Shown here one piece after another: positions 29,199-48,206 of a DNA stretch of 64,000 nt (position 1 is its first letter; each line of letters opens with the position of its first letter). The stretch lies in the NCBI RefSeq assembly GCF_009914755.1, contig NC_060929.1; one strand, given 5' to 3'. A program made the position numbers and the translations under genes. Below the pieces are notes generated by a model. That model was given only the letters and a program-made list of their open reading frames with translations, did not search any database and was not told the DNA's origin. This stretch comes from the human T2T-CHM13v2.0 reference genome, Homo sapiens.

Positions 29199-29691
29199 TG
29201 ATGGTGTTCAGGACACACAACCCCAAAATGTGGAAGACCCTGGCATTTGAGAAAACAACAGAAGCAGGAAGGACTTTCTTACCTTCCCCTCACCTCTTCT
29301 CCCCTGAAGTAGGTCGTAAACCTCAGCAGTTCTGGGTCCTGTAAAGTAGGGCCTATGACTCTCGCTCCAGACGTGCCTGCTCTATACCTGGAGTAAAGGA
29401 ATGCCCTTCTCTCTGAAGACACAGGGACACAGAGATTAATCTGAACAAACAGACCTTGCAGAGCTCCCCCTAGCTTATTACCATTGGATGGTAATAACCC
29501 CCCTTTGTCCAATCGTACTTTTGCGTGACTGTCCTCTCTTCATCAAACTTAAGCATAAAAATACACAGGTTTCCCCATTTCACTTCTGAAGGCTCCCATG
29601 CTTTTCTCTTGTTGATCTGTCTTCTGTTATAGATGCCTCATCCGTGAAACTAGTGATGGAGAAGAAAGGATTTCACTCTTTCTCCCCTGCA
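29199..29691 (+). mobile_element. MER39-family solo LTR
   Basis: TGATGGTGTTCAGGACACACAACCCCAAAAT...GGCATTTGAGAAAACA...CTTTCTCCCCTGCA. Confidence 0.75.
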
Positions 29692-30363
29692 GTACCTTAC
29701 CAAAATCAGCTAAATTCCCTTCCCAGCTTTAGAATGACACAAGCTTTTCTTATCTTCTTTCTGACTTTCTATCTCTTCTCTCACGCTGAAAATACTGATT
29801 CCTGATAATGTTATCATAGTTTTTGTTTTATGCTATAATATGCATAAAACAGTTTCAGAAATATAATGTAATAATAATAAAATAAAAAAGAAAAAAGTTT
29901 CAAAATTATAATATCAATATCAATAATGAAGTTACTACTAAAGTGGAAGATTTCTTTGTCCTTTTTTACACTTACATTTCGCTAAGGATGTATGGTCAGA
30001 GTTCTATGTTCTAAAGAGAGCTGAAATAATTCTTTTCTCTTTATAGTTGAATTACCAATCTGATACATAGTTAGATTGAGTTGTTTTTATCTTTTTTCAA
30101 TTTTACAGTTTTATTTATTTTCTCAGGTAAACTATCATATCACTTAGAAATAAAGACAGTTTTGCCTCTTACTTTCCATCTTTTAACCTTCTAGTTGTCT
30201 TCCACTGTGTGATTGTATAGGCTACAATCTCCTAGGCAGTTAATTTGTTGTGGAGCTGGTGATCATTCTTGCCTGAGCAACAATGTGTACAGAATTCCCC
30301 AGTAAGTAAGGTCCTGCGTTGGCAGTGACAATGTATATTTTTATTTTTAAAAACTGTTCCCTT

Positions 30364-30680
30364 GGCCCAGCATGGTGGCTCACACCTGTAATCCCAGCAC
30401 TTTGGAAGGCTGAGGCAGGAGGATCACTTGGGGGCCAGGAGTTTGAGACCAGCCTGGCCAACATGATGAAACCCCATCTCTACTAAAAAAATGCAAAAAT
30501 TAACTGGGCGTGGTGGTGCACACCCGGAATCCCAGCTAGTGGGAGGCTGATGTGCGAGAATCACTTGAACCTGGGAGGCGGAGGTTGCAGTGAGCCAAGA
30601 TTGTGCCACTGCAGTCCACCCTGGGCAACAGAGCAAGACTTCATCTCAAGAACAACAACAACAACAACAACAAATAAACA
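30364..30680 (+). mobile_element. Alu with (CAA)n tail
   Basis: Dimer seen directly. Confidence 0.93.
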
Positions 30681-31838
30681 CATTTTAAAAACCTGCTCCC
30701 TCCTTTAGACTTCTATAAGTACAACCCTAAATCTGACCTTCCTTTTTTTTCTTTTTGGAGACAGTTTCACTCTTGTTGTAACTGGGATTACAGGTGGGAG
30801 CCACCGTGCCTGGCCCCTAAACTTCCTTACAGTTTTCTCTACCTCAGCCTTCTCCTTTCCACTCTGTCTACCCTACAGGGTTGATTCGTTGTTCAAATTA
30901 TTTCTGTGATTACTCCACTTGGCTGTATATTCTGTAAAATGCAAACACATTCGTTTGGCATGTGAGGACTTCTACATGAGAAATAAGTGTTACAAGTACA
31001 GTACAAGACATGAGTGGCCTGAGATTGGGTTTTGGAGGGGGCATAGGCAGGATGCAAAAACAGATATGAAGGAAATCAGAGTCATATATATGTCTGCATA
31101 GCAAGAAACAGCAAATCCCCAGTGGGGTGAGCTGCAGAATAATAACCCAGAGTAAGACTGCAGCCAGAGAACAAAGGAAACGCTAGGAAATTCAACCTTT
31201 GTCTCAGGGCAAAAGACCTCTTTGAAGACCTGAGGTCCCTTCTTATTCATATTAATGAAGCAAATTTTTCTAGCTCCAAACTACCTTTCCAAACTTATTT
31301 CATACTATTGCCCTTGACAAACTCAGTTGGACTTAATTACTTTCTGTGCCATTTCTGCACTCGGATTTCCAATTATATCGATTTTGCCTCTGGCACTTTA
31401 AATTGGTCCTTTGCAGCTGTACACCAAATATCTGCTGGCCACGAACACGAAGCCCCCTACAAGGCTCATGCACAGCACAAGAGATTTGACTGTGTTCTAG
31501 ACTCTAGTTGTTCCTTCTGCTCAATGCGCATCTCCTGATCACTACTCCCAGAAACAATCTCTAGCTTCTCTGAATTTATATACGGCTTTATCTGTACTTC
31601 TTTCCAGTATTGATTCCTAACTTCTACTTTAGCTATTAAAATACAGTCTTATTTATCCTCTAAATAAACTGGAAGCTTCCTTAAGTAACTCAGGTTGATC
31701 CATCTTCAGATTCCGATAACTTCTAGAATAATGACCTGAGCCATGGTAATAAATAATCATGAGTGACTGTGGTCTAATCATTACAGAAAACAATGGGCTT
31801 CAATAATCTTTTGCTGTGCTTTTATTAATACAAGCATT

Positions 31839-32135
<297 letters not shown>

Positions 32136-32724
32136 CTAATAATTTGACTTCTTCTTTAGTGGCAAACTATTAGGTAACATAAGTTTAAAATCAACAAAAC
32201 CCTTTACTATTTTTTAAAGACTTTTTTTTCTTCTCTAGGTCTCCCTCAACTTGTATTTATGAGGCTAATCTTTACAATTTAAATATAAACTTATAAACCC
32301 ATGCCACATTTTATCTTTTGAGAGTCTATCATGTAGTCTGCGGAGATCTTGATTCCATCACCCAACCTGTAATCTGTTCTTTCAACTTTGAGTCATATTC
32401 CTATTTGCTAACCATTTTTTTAGATCTTCATCAAGGTAACTAATAAAGATATGAACAATTCATGAATCCTGCATAAAGCTATTTTAAAAAATCCTCTAAG
32501 CAAATATGGGTTGTGTAAACAGAGATGTTTGGCCACTGTTGTTAAATTAGCTAGAAATCAAGTACAGATAGTTGTTTTATTTCCCATATGACATTTCCTG
32601 GACTCATCCACAAAGATATCCTAATTGTCTTTGTTGGGTGTCTCACTAAACCAAGAAATAACTTTCTATAACATTCCTCTCTTCTATCAGTCTTTCTTAA
32701 ATTTGGAAAATAAGGTCAGTTTGA

Positions 32725-33160
<436 letters not shown>

Positions 33161-33692
33161 TGGGGTGTTACTCTTATAGAAATAAAAGAACTTGTTGACT
33201 CACTCACAGGAGAGAGGCTACTCCTCTTTACTGCTAATCATAGCCTATGCACGTAAACATAAACAGCATGCATGTAAAGTAAATCAAACTGGCATGACTC
33301 AGCCCCTTAGACTGCCCATAGGTGAGAAACACAGGAAGAGAGCCTCACCCGTGTTGTTTCCCAGGACAAGGCGGTCCACAGAGTTCTGCAGCACCAGACC
33401 AGCCTTTTAGAAACCCGCGGATACCCTCCCAGTTAACTGTTCCTTTCCCTTTCGAATCACCAGATCTTACTCAGAAAATTTCCACTATTAGTTGTACAAC
33501 ATGCATTCCTAAAGATGTTCCCAAATATATAGGTTTTCCTGGCATGGTTTTTGCCATGCTACTGTTAGGCATGCTATTTTTTTCTCTGCCAGAAATTATT
33601 TTGGTGGATGGTATCTAATACATATGTATATTTGAGGCTTGATTTCCCGCTTGACCTAAATCTGTTAGTTTTTTAAAAAGGTAATTTTCTGC

Positions 33693-34045
33693 GGGGCAGG
33701 ATGACTCACACTTATAATCTCAGCACTTTGACAGCCCCAGAGGATGGGGGGTTTAGCTTAGTGGGTATTGGTTGCCCGCAGGGAGGGCAGGGGAGTATCG
33801 CTTGAGCCTAGGAGTTTAAGGCCAGCTTGGGCAACATAGCAAGACTCTATCTCTACAAAAAAAATTACAAAAATTAGCCAGGCATAGTAGTGCATGCCTG
33901 TGGTCCCAGTTACTCAGGAGGCTGAAATGAGGGGATTCACTTGAGCCCAGGAGTTTGAGCCTGCATTGAGCTATGTTCGTGCCACTATACTCCAGCCCGG
34001 GCAACAAAACGAGATCCTGTCTCTAAAAATAATAATAATAAAAAG
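33693..34045 (+). mobile_element. AluJ with a ~50 bp foreign insert in the left arm
   Basis: Alu sequence breaks after CAGCACTTTG and resumes near GGGAGGGCAGG. Confidence 0.88.
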
Positions 34046-35281
34046 AGAATTTTAAAGTTTCAATTTGAATATACACATTAGCTATTCAAGTTAAAAGGTA
34101 GTTTTTGGAAACATATTTTAATAAATTTGAGTCTTTATTTTTTGGCTCTCACCTCTCCTTTTTTTTAAATAAAAGTAATAACAATTATTTATTATTAATA
34201 GTTATGATAACTTGAATATGACTATTTGGGGATGCTTTACAAATATCTCAGCATACATAAGCTCAGGCATCATTACAGTCCGGCAAATTCACCACTGTGC
34301 CCACTTTACAGATGAGAGCCACAGACTCATGGAGGATGAGAACAGAGCAGTGACCAGGGCTGAGGCTTAAGCCAAGCGTTGGGATCACAAGTCTTTTTTG
34401 AAAATGTCACAATGATCCTGTCTTGCTGACATTGTTTGAGATCGTTTCTCAGAGTCTCCTTCTTTTTTGAGTGGTCTCCTGACTTTTCCTGGTCTTGCTA
34501 AAAGGATGTTTGGTGGATAAGAAGGAGGATATGTCCTCCCCCAGTGTGGCTCTCCATAGAGTCTCCTTCATCTTGTGGTCACACTCGGTGTCCCTGAGCT
34601 CCTCCTCATGGTGGGAGACCAGCTCCGCATGCTGAGCATGAGCACAGCTGCTTGTGTGTGTGGACTACACAACTGTTCCATGATTGTCTAGAAATTCCAA
34701 TGTTTCCAGGTTCAGTGTAGTAAAAAAAAAACATGCTTCAGTAGATGCTTTTTATCCTTACAGCACCATCAGCTCTCCTTCTAAGCAGAATTTATAATTC
34801 TGCTAATTCATTTGTGCATATTAAAGGAATCTTTTTATTCAGGGCACCACTGTAAATTCCAACACATTCTTACAGACTCTAGATAGATGACTTCCTGCTG
34901 ACAAGGAAAAAGAAAAAAAAGAAATTCTAGACTGAATTGGGTCTGTCCTCGTTACATGCTCTTGCTCTAAGGAAATATAATGTGAAATAGCTCTATTTAA
35001 TCACAACATTTTTGCATGAAAAGGGCTAGAAGAAAAATAAAGTTTGTAAGTAAAGTTGTGTTTATCATAGGAAGATTTCCAATATAAAATGGCATTCAGC
35101 TAACAAATCCTGACATATTCTTTTTAAATTTCCAATTGAAATACTTAAGAAGAAAAAAAGATAAAAATCAAAATTAAAGTGAAAACTGACAACCTACGGG
35201 CAGAAGCAGGGAGCATACTCCACTAAGAATGAGACAGATGAAACCATTTAGAAAATTTTAATCCATTGCTCTATCTTCCTA

Positions 35282-35773
<492 letters not shown>

Positions 35774-36099
35774 CTAAAAACATTTAAATACTATGACAAA
35801 AACAAGGCAGGAACTGGGGTAATATTGGAGGTGTTATAGATCCCTAACTTAACACTATAGAGACCAAAAGACAGAAAGAGCTGTGAAAGTCGTGGAATCT
35901 GCCAATTGTATGTTTCACACATCCCAGCAATCAGAAGGTGACAGAGGCAGTGGGAGCAGGAGAGGCTATCATCTAAGGCCTGGAAAGTTTCACCCAGTGA
36001 AAACCTGCAAGAGGCTGGGAATCAGGCTAGGAGCTGCACATGAGCCTGCTATCTAGTTACAGATCTGAGAAGGAATCACCCAAACAGAAACCCAAGATG

Positions 36100-36285
36100 C
36101 AATGGTGTGCTGGTAAACTGATTTCCACAAAAAACAGGGAAGGAGGGCTATTTTGGTTGTAGTATTTGCCAATTTCCATGTGTAAATACTACCACCATGG
36201 TGGACCTCAGCTATCAACATCGCTGAACCACAAGTTGGGAAGAGATGCACACAACCCTGAGTTGGCATCAGCTGGATCCACCATG
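36100..36285 (+). mobile_element. MER63-like hAT MITE
   Basis: CAATGGTGTGCTGGTAAA...TGTAAATACTACCACCATGG...GTTGGGAAGAGATGCACACAA. Confidence 0.75.
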
Positions 36286-36384
36286 TTCCCTAGAAAATAC
36301 TAAACGTGCATGAATTTACCTTCATTCTAGAATGAGTAAAGAGAGGCCTGTGAGAAACATGCCTCAAGAATGAGGAATGAGAGT

Positions 36385-36622
36385 GATAACAATACTTAGT
36401 AGGACTGAGTACTTACTATTCTAAGCACTTTATATTTTACATGCAGCATCTCATTTAATCCTCAAGGCAACTCAGTGAAGTAGGTCATAATATAATAACC
36501 TTAAGACAACAATCTGAAGCTTAGGAAGATAAAGTAACTTGCCCTCTCCATGCAGATATTAAATGTTAGATCTGGTCTTAGGACAGCTAAACTCCAAAAG
36601 CCATACCTTTAAATGCTATGCT
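36385..36622 (-). mobile_element. MIR
   Basis: TCTCATTTAATCCTCA...AAAGTAACTTGCCC. Confidence 0.7.
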
Positions 36623-36798
36623 AAGCATAAAATAAACCTGCAATAAATGTACTGACTTCTTGACTCATAATACTGCAATAAACCAATTGTCTTATAAACT
36701 GTTGTCATTTTAAGTTTCTTCTCCTTTGAGTTAATGAGAGATTTATGTTTAGGACCTTTCAATTGCTTTTTCCTAGTTTAGAAGGAAAGAGGCCTCAG

Positions 36799-36800
<2 letters not shown>

Positions 36801-36840
<40 letters not shown>
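36801..36840 (+). repeat. (GT)20 microsatellite
   Basis: Perfect 40-nt run. Confidence 0.98.
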
Positions 36841-36843
<3 letters not shown>

Positions 36844-38333
36844 AGAGAATATTCAGAAAATGCGGGATCAGGGTCCTTGGATTCTTCTCCAGGTTTCCAG
36901 AATACAACGGCTACAGACTGGAGGCTGGGACAGATACTCACAAATAAAAGCAGCCTGTCATCTATTAATCTGCTGGTATTCTTCTAAATTTGTGCCAGAG
37001 AGTCTCTTTGGTATTTGTCATGAGTCTGAGTGTTTAAACACCCACAAGGATAAGTCAGATAAGTCATCAACACCCTAACTTCATGATGGCTTCATATACA
37101 ATGACCTTTATTCCATATCGATGCCTCCTCCCATGGGCACACCTGGGGACCTTTGCACAGCTATGTGCTCCACCTCTGATATATTGAATTCCAGTAAATT
37201 GCTCTCTGATCACAAGCTTCTAGCTCTTCTACATCTCACTCCTCCACTTGGCCTTTGATCTACCCAAGGCCCCACCCCTCCACCCCCTACCCAGGAACTG
37301 CCCTGTGTTTCTCTCTAACTTTCATACCCTTTTTGTCTTCCCTACTTTCTTCATTCATACCAGATCCCTGGATGCATCAGTTTAATCATGGTCTCATCAG
37401 GGACCTCCCATCTTTGCCCCTCCTTTGCCTCCCATCGTACCCTAGCCTTTACCCATCCAACTTCAGGGCCCGCTCTCAAGCTGCTTTAGGGTAATAAGGT
37501 TCTCCAGCCTCAACTTATTCTTCCTCATAACCCAAAGTCCTTCAATGAATGCTTTGTTGGATTTTTCTTCAATTCCTCATGGCAGTTGTTCCAAACTTCC
37601 ACCCTTAACTCCCCTACTCTACAGACCCCTCCTTAAGCCCAGAAGAGGACACTGACTCTACTTCGCAGGTGCATTCAGAAGGAAGTGCTCCACACACTTA
37701 GGATGTCTGGAACCACAAAACCCTCAGTCCACAGGCCTTTTTAGCTAGAAAACTTCAGTATCTACTTCTTGAAGTCTCCACATTTCCTCTGAATTGTCTA
37801 AAAGCCTTAGAGGTTTTCACAGCCAAAAGGGGGTTAGTCTTCCTTCCACCCCCAGGTAGAGATGGCTCTGGAGTCTGACTGGGACCCAGTGTCATGACTT
37901 CTGGCTAGCACACATATTGTTGACATTTACATCATCTAACAACATGTTGGAACATCATCAACTGTGGCCAACTCCTTTGATGATCCTGCAGGGACTATCT
38001 CAAGTCTTCAGGGGAGAACAATCTCCCTTACATAGCATTAGTCTTTCCCAAGCCTACCCCACTCATGGACTCTCAAAATTACAGACCTAGAGCAGTGGAC
38101 ATTTTTAAAACATTTAAGCCCCAAATCTCTTTAAGTCAGCCTTGAATAAAACTGTACTTGTACCAGAAGTGCCATATGTTTCAGTAACAAGAACCTTGGC
38201 CAGGTGAGATGTTGACACAGGCATTTTAAGGTTACAGAATACTAAACTGGCCATTGCAGCTCATTATAGAGATAAGGACCAATCAGATATCTTGAACACA
38301 TTAAAAATGTAAACGTTAGCTAGGTTGGGGTGA

Positions 38334-38702
<369 letters not shown>

Positions 38703-39063
38703 GTAGTGTGCATTTAAGAAGTTTCCCAGCTGCATCTTGATTTTTAACTACTATGGTTTATTGTTATACAACCTTTAATTTTGAGACAAAGGTGCCTGTT
38801 TTACTGTTTGTTTTGAGAAATTTTATTTCTTCATTGTTACAAAAAGTTCAATCTGAATTTCCTCATCTACATTATAACCAATCTTTATTGTAATCCAAAC
38901 TCAACAAGTGTAAAGCAATTGTCAGATTCTCTTGGAATTGGGAAAAATACATCTGTTTTCTTCCTTTCATAAGCTGCAGTTGTAAAATATGTGGTGATTA
39001 TACCTAATTCCTTTTTCAGTATTTATCGTGAAAAAACATTAACCTACACAAAAATAGAGAAAC

Positions 39064-39156
39064 ATCATCCCAAAACCATCCCCCACTACCCGGTCTGTGG
39101 AAAAATTGTCTTCCATAAAATCAGTCCCTGGTGCCAAAAAGGTTGGAGACTGCTGC
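39064..39156 (+). mobile_element. MER1 terminal fragment
   Basis: TCTGTGGAAAAATTGTCTTCC...CCCTGGTGCCAAAAAGGTTGGAGACTGCTG. Confidence 0.85.
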
Positions 39157-39323
39157 TTTAGTCTATAAATGGGTAAATTATATGAAAAAACTATCTGATG
39201 TGCAACAATCTTTCATTCCTGGGCTTAAATGTTAAGATTTTCACATGTGTGCTTATAATTATATTAACCTTCTTAGGCTGACCAACTGTCCTTGTTGGCC
39301 CAGAACCATCCATCCTAGTTTTA

Positions 39324-39640
<317 letters not shown>

Positions 39641-39715
39641 GGCCCCACATCCCAGAAAACCCTCAGTCAAGCCAGGGTAGTTACTCACCTACCTATGGTT
39701 ATTTTTTCTTATACT

Positions 39716-40229
39716 GTTTCTGTTAGGCAGAATAATCATTCCCTAAAGATGTCCACGATGTAATCCCTGGAACCTGTGAATATGTTATGTTACATGGAAG
39801 GGGGAATTACATTTGCAGACGAAATTATGTTTACTAATTAGCTGACTTTAAAATAGAAAGATATTTTTGGATTATCTGGATGGGCCCAGTGTAAGCACAA
39901 GCGCTTCAATGTGGAAGAAGGAGATGGAAGAGTCAGGGTCAGAATAGCCCATGTGAGAAAAATTCTGCCAGCCATTGCTGGCTTTGAAGAGGAAAGGAGG
40001 CTAGGAGCCAAGGAATGCAGGAAGCTTCTAGAAGCTGGAAAAGGCAAGAAAATGGATTGTCCCCTAGAGCCTTCAGAAAGAACACAGCCCTGCCAATGCC
40101 TTGATTTGAACCCAGTGAAACTCATTTCAGATTTCTGACCTCCAGAACTATAAGATAATAGATTTGTGTATTTAAGCCACTAAGTATGTGGTAATCTGCT
40201 ATAGCAACAAAAGGCAACTAACTGATACA
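39716..40229 (+). mobile_element. MLT1D-like LTR
   Basis: AGGCAGAATAAT...AAAGATGTCCACG...TAATCCCTGGAACCTGTGAATATG...CCCTAGAGCCTTCAGAAAGAACACAGCCCTGCC...AACTGATACA. Confidence 0.88.
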
Positions 40230-40603
40230 CTGGGCTTACTCAGTTTAGGCATTAATGTTATATTTATCTCACAAAATAAGTCAAATAGCTTCCCACCCAC
40301 CTAATATCATACTTTAAAAAATTACTTTTCTGAGTCAGCTTGATAAGAGAATAATTTATTTCTTAATAAATGTGACAGTATTATAGAAATCACAAGAATT
40401 GTCTGGGCCTAGTGCTTTTATGGAAGGTGGTGAAATGAAAGATATTTTTGAGTATATTTCAATCTTACTCTTAGGTACTGGTTTACTAAAGTTTATGTTT
40501 CTTTCCATCTGGTTTATCTAACTTTCTTCTAAATTGTTAGCAGATTATGCCAGTACCATTTATTATATAAAAGGTCCTTTTCCCACTTAAATGTAATCTA
40601 ACA

Positions 40604-40660
40604 TTAGGTTGGTACAGAAACAACTGGCAAAAACCACAGTTCCTTTTGCATCAACCTAGT
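40604..40660. mobile_element. MADE1 mariner MITE (deleted)
   Basis: TTAGGTTGGTACA...TGGCAAAAACCACAGTTCCTTTTGCATCAACCTA. Confidence 0.75.
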
Positions 40661-40849
40661 AATACCCTATGTACATTTAGATAATTTCTACACTCTTTAT
40701 ACATATTTCTCTATTTCTTTACTGTTTTGATTACAGATACTTTACAATAAGTTTTACTCTCTGATAGGACAAATTCTCCTCCATAGTCTTTTATTCAAAT
40801 ATTTCCTAATTATTCTGGCATATATCACTCTATACAAAATTTTAAATAA

Positions 40850-41457
<608 letters not shown>

Positions 41458-42182
41458 AAATATTTTTAATTAATATAATTTTGCTTAGCTTCATTAAAAA
41501 AACAAGATTCTAATTAGAAGTCCATTAAATTTATATGTTAATTAAAGAAGGATTGGCATTTTTATAATATCGACCCTCACAGCCATTATTAAGCTGTATC
41601 TGACACTCCATTTTTATGCCTTTAAATAAAGTTTTAGTCTTTTAAAATTGTCCCTATTTAATTTGTTCCCTTGTATTTTATTTTTGTCTCTATTGTGAAT
41701 GTTTTTCTTCATCTTTAATTTTCAAATGATTATTCCTAGTGTAAAGGTAATAATAGATTTTTATATACCTCATTTGTATTTAACTACATTACTCAGCAGC
41801 CTCTAGTTAGTTTTAATAGTTTTTAAATTGAGTTATATTTTCTGGATGCATAATCATATTATCTTCAAATTCTGTGTCTTCTTTTTGAACATTTTTATTT
41901 TAATATTATTTATTTTATGCCTTACTCCCTCAGCTAAAACCTCCAAAACAATGCTGAATAATAATTGTGCTGGCAAGTATCTCCAGCCTGTTTCTGATAT
42001 TTCTGATATTTGTTTAATTTTGTTGTTGTTGAGTATTTTTCATAGGTGGTGTGATATATTTCATATTGTGTCACATCATGATGTTCTTAATTTCTGGTTG
42101 TTCCACTTATAGTGATATTGAGATTGATGGATGAATTCAGGTATTGTTATACCTGATCAACTCATTATAAAATTCCCCTCCC

Positions 42183-42498
<316 letters not shown>

Positions 42499-42569
42499 CT
42501 AATGGCTTTAGCAGCCATTCGTGAGCATTCCTTATAGCCCATGTTTCACCAGAGTTTGCAAAATGGTGA

Positions 42570-43268
<699 letters not shown>

Positions 43269-43299
43269 CTACAAATCTGCTCAAACTCCTTAATATGAT

Positions 43300-44046
<747 letters not shown>

Positions 44047-45529
44047 ATTGCCTACAGGTCTTTTATGATGTGGTACCAACTCACTTCTCCAGCCTCACCT
44101 CTTACCACTCTCCACCTCTCATTCCAAGCTAGTTGTATTAAGCCACTTGCAGTTCAGGGACCATAAGGTGCTCTTTCTCATTTCTAGATCTTTGCTTTTT
44201 CTGCCCACCTCTGTTTGAAATGTCTTTGCCATCTCCTTTTGCCTGGTTCTTACTATTTTGCAGATTCAGCTGCTCAAGGAAATTTTCCCAAATCCCACCC
44301 AGCATTGCTGTATTCCTTCCCCCTCCCATCTCTCTCTTGCATCCTAGGTTTAGCTCTATTACAGCATGTATCTCACTATTTAATAATTTTAGTTGATGTC
44401 CTGCTTCTTTCCTAAGTCTCTTTCTCCAACTCCTTGCCATCCAAATAATCAATAAGGGACAAATCATTTTTTGTCTTATTTTGATTTACTTTTGTATTCT
44501 TAGTGCTTAACATGGTTCCTAACAGGCAGTCTACAAATGATTATAGAATACGCGAACAAATGAATGTCTCTGAAATGTAGTTCACATGTGGTAAGAATTT
44601 CGAGGCGTTAAAATTGATAGGCAGCAGCATCTGTGGTGGTTTTTTTATTCATATTTGTCCTTTATAGAGAAGAATAACTTTGAAGAAATTGAGGGAAGTA
44701 TTCCATGACTGTTGAATATTATATTAGACAGTATTAAATAACCTCATTTAGTTTTGGTGTTGCATGTGTTGAAAACTCACTTTGATCTGACCATAGCTCT
44801 ATTCATTTTTATTATCCTTAGATCAAATAATGTAAGATTCTCAATACAGCCATAAATTTGAATGATGGAATTACCATATGAATGGATTTGAATTTCATAT
44901 TAACTTTAAAGAAAATGATGTGGGTTTTTTTTTTTGAAGAGAGAAAAGCCTCTATTGAAATCAGAAAATGTATATAGCTACAAGTGAAAGAACTAGAAAT
45001 AAGAAAAGGGAAAAATTAAGGTAGATAGTGTTGATTATCTTCAGATAACTTGCCATTCTCATCACCAATAGAATTTAAATTATACACCTTGAATAAAATG
45101 AGGACAGAAAGCTGTTGTTAGAAAGACCACATTTCTTTTAGTGAATCATTTTTGGAATAAAAGGCTTCCAAGATTCCTGAATGTTTTCCTTTTTGGTTGA
45201 CACAACATCAAGGACTATGGAAGTATGTAGCATGCTGGCTGGGTTGACTGGAAGAAAAGGACCTGCAAGCTAGTGGGTTGAAGCACATCAACAAGAAGGA
45301 CATCAACTGTGGGGACAGTCCTGGAGGTTCTTGGCCTCTGGAGCAGCTCTGTGGCCCAGTCAGTAGAACGGATAAATAAATGGTAGTGTGCAGCAATCAA
45401 GATGGATAAGCTTTCAGCTACATGGAGCAATAAGGATAAATCTTAGGCTGTTGCACAACAGAAATAGGACACAAAAGAACATGGACAGTATGGCTGCATC
45501 TACATAAAATTCAAAAGCAAGCAAAACTA

Positions 45530-45865
<336 letters not shown>

Positions 45866-46654
45866 GTATGTATCTATACTTTTTTAGATAGCTAGAGTGA
45901 AAAAGTAGTGATTACTTTAAAATCAGGAGAGAAGTTAGCTCTGGGAGAGATGAGAGGGGATGTCATGGGGAAGAGTTACAAAGCTGGTAGATACTTCAGG
46001 GGTGTTACCATTGTCTTATTTCTTGCTTTGGAGGACGATTACACTACTGTTTGTTTTTTCTTTTCCTAGTTGAATGGTTATACTTGTATTTGCTTTACAA
46101 TTATGGGGTGTACATTTGTATTTCACATCACACAATATACATTTGTGTTTCTGTAATACTTCACAGTTGTTTAAATAGCTAAGCAAACTAAATACCATTG
46201 CTGTATGCAGGGTGGCCAAGAGGTGAAGGGATCGATTTTGGCAGTCTTGGAGTCTCTAGCTCCTGGCACAGTATCTAGTCCCAGGCAGCAGATCTATAAA
46301 TGTTGGCTGAACTAAATTGGCCCAGGCAATATGGCATGATTCAAAGGAAGAAACATCATGCAGAGCCCACAGTCTGCATCTAAAATTCTCATATTCACTC
46401 CATGTCAGACAAGACGCTGTTGGGGTTCTGTGGTTCTGATGATCTTACTATGCATCATTAATTTCTACTGAGAAAAAATAATTACTATTCCCTTTGGGGA
46501 CACAAAGTGTTTTTAATTGGTTTGTTTATTTAACTTAGTATTGACTTTTAATTTCTTTTTTTCATAAAAATTGTATATATTTAAGGTATACAACATGAGG
46601 TTTTGATATACATATATATAGTGAGTGGTTATTACAGTCAAGCAAATTACATAT

Positions 46655-46981
46655 CTGGTGGGAGGTGGTTGGATCATGAGGGTGGATTCTCATGAATGGA
46701 TTAGCACCATCCCCTCGGTGCCATTGTCATGATAGTGAGTGAGTTCTCAAGAGATCTGGTCATTTAAAAGTGTGCTGCCCTCGCTCTCTCTTGCTCCTGC
46801 TCCCACCATGTGAGATGTTTTGCTCCGCATTTGTCTTCTGCCATGATTGGAAGCTTCCTGAGGCCTCCCCAGAAACAGAAACCGCTATGCTTCCTGTACA
46901 TCCTGCAGAGCTGTGAGCCAATTAAACCCCTTTTCTTTATAAATTACCCAGTTTATAGCAGAGCAAGAACAAACTAATACA
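46655..46981 (+). mobile_element. MST (B-like) LTR, 5' truncated
   Basis: GGATCATGAGGGTGGATTCTCATGAATGG...GTGAGCCAATTAAACC...AACTAATACA. Confidence 0.85.
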
Positions 46982-47318
46982 GTATCCATCTCCTCATGTA
47001 GTTACCTTCTGTGTGTGTGTATAGTTATCTTCTGTTACTTTCTGTGTGTGTGCGGTAAGAGCACCTGAAACCTACTTCTAGCAAATTCCCAATATAGTGT
47101 TACTAACTATACAGAATGATTATGATACAACATTATTAACTGTACTCATCATGCTGTTTATTAGATCTCTAGACTGATTCATCCTAACTGCAACCTTGTA
47201 CCCTTTGACCAACATCTCCCCATTCCCTTCTACTTTGTTTCTATGTATTCAACTTTTTTAGAGTTCACATATAAGTGAGATCATACAGTATTTTTCTTTC
47301 TGTGTCTGGCTTATTTCA

Positions 47319-47690
<372 letters not shown>

Positions 47691-47981
47691 TTAAGGCTGA
47701 ATAATATGCCATTGTGTATATGTACCACAATTTCTTTTTCCATTCATCTGTCAATGGACACTTAGGTTGATTCCTCATCTTGGCTATCATGATTAATGTT
47801 GCAATGAATATGAGAGCACAGATACCTCCTTAAGGTACTAATTTTGTTTCCTTCGGGTACACTTGGAAGACGAATTGCTGGATCACACGGTAGTACTATT
47901 TTTAATTTTTTTGAGGAACTTCTGCACTGTTTTCTATAATGGCCATACCAGTTTAAATATCCACCAACAGTGTACAAGGGT

Positions 47982-48139
47982 TTCCCTTCCTTCCTCCCTC
48001 CTCCTCCTTTTCTTTCCTTCTTTCCTTCTTTTTCCTTCTTTCTTTTCTTTTTCTTTGTTTTCTTTGCTTTTCTTTCTTTCTTTCTTTCTTCCTTCCTTCC
48101 TTCCTTCCTTCCTTCCTTCCTTCCTTCCTTCCTTCCTTC

Positions 48140-48206
<67 letters not shown>

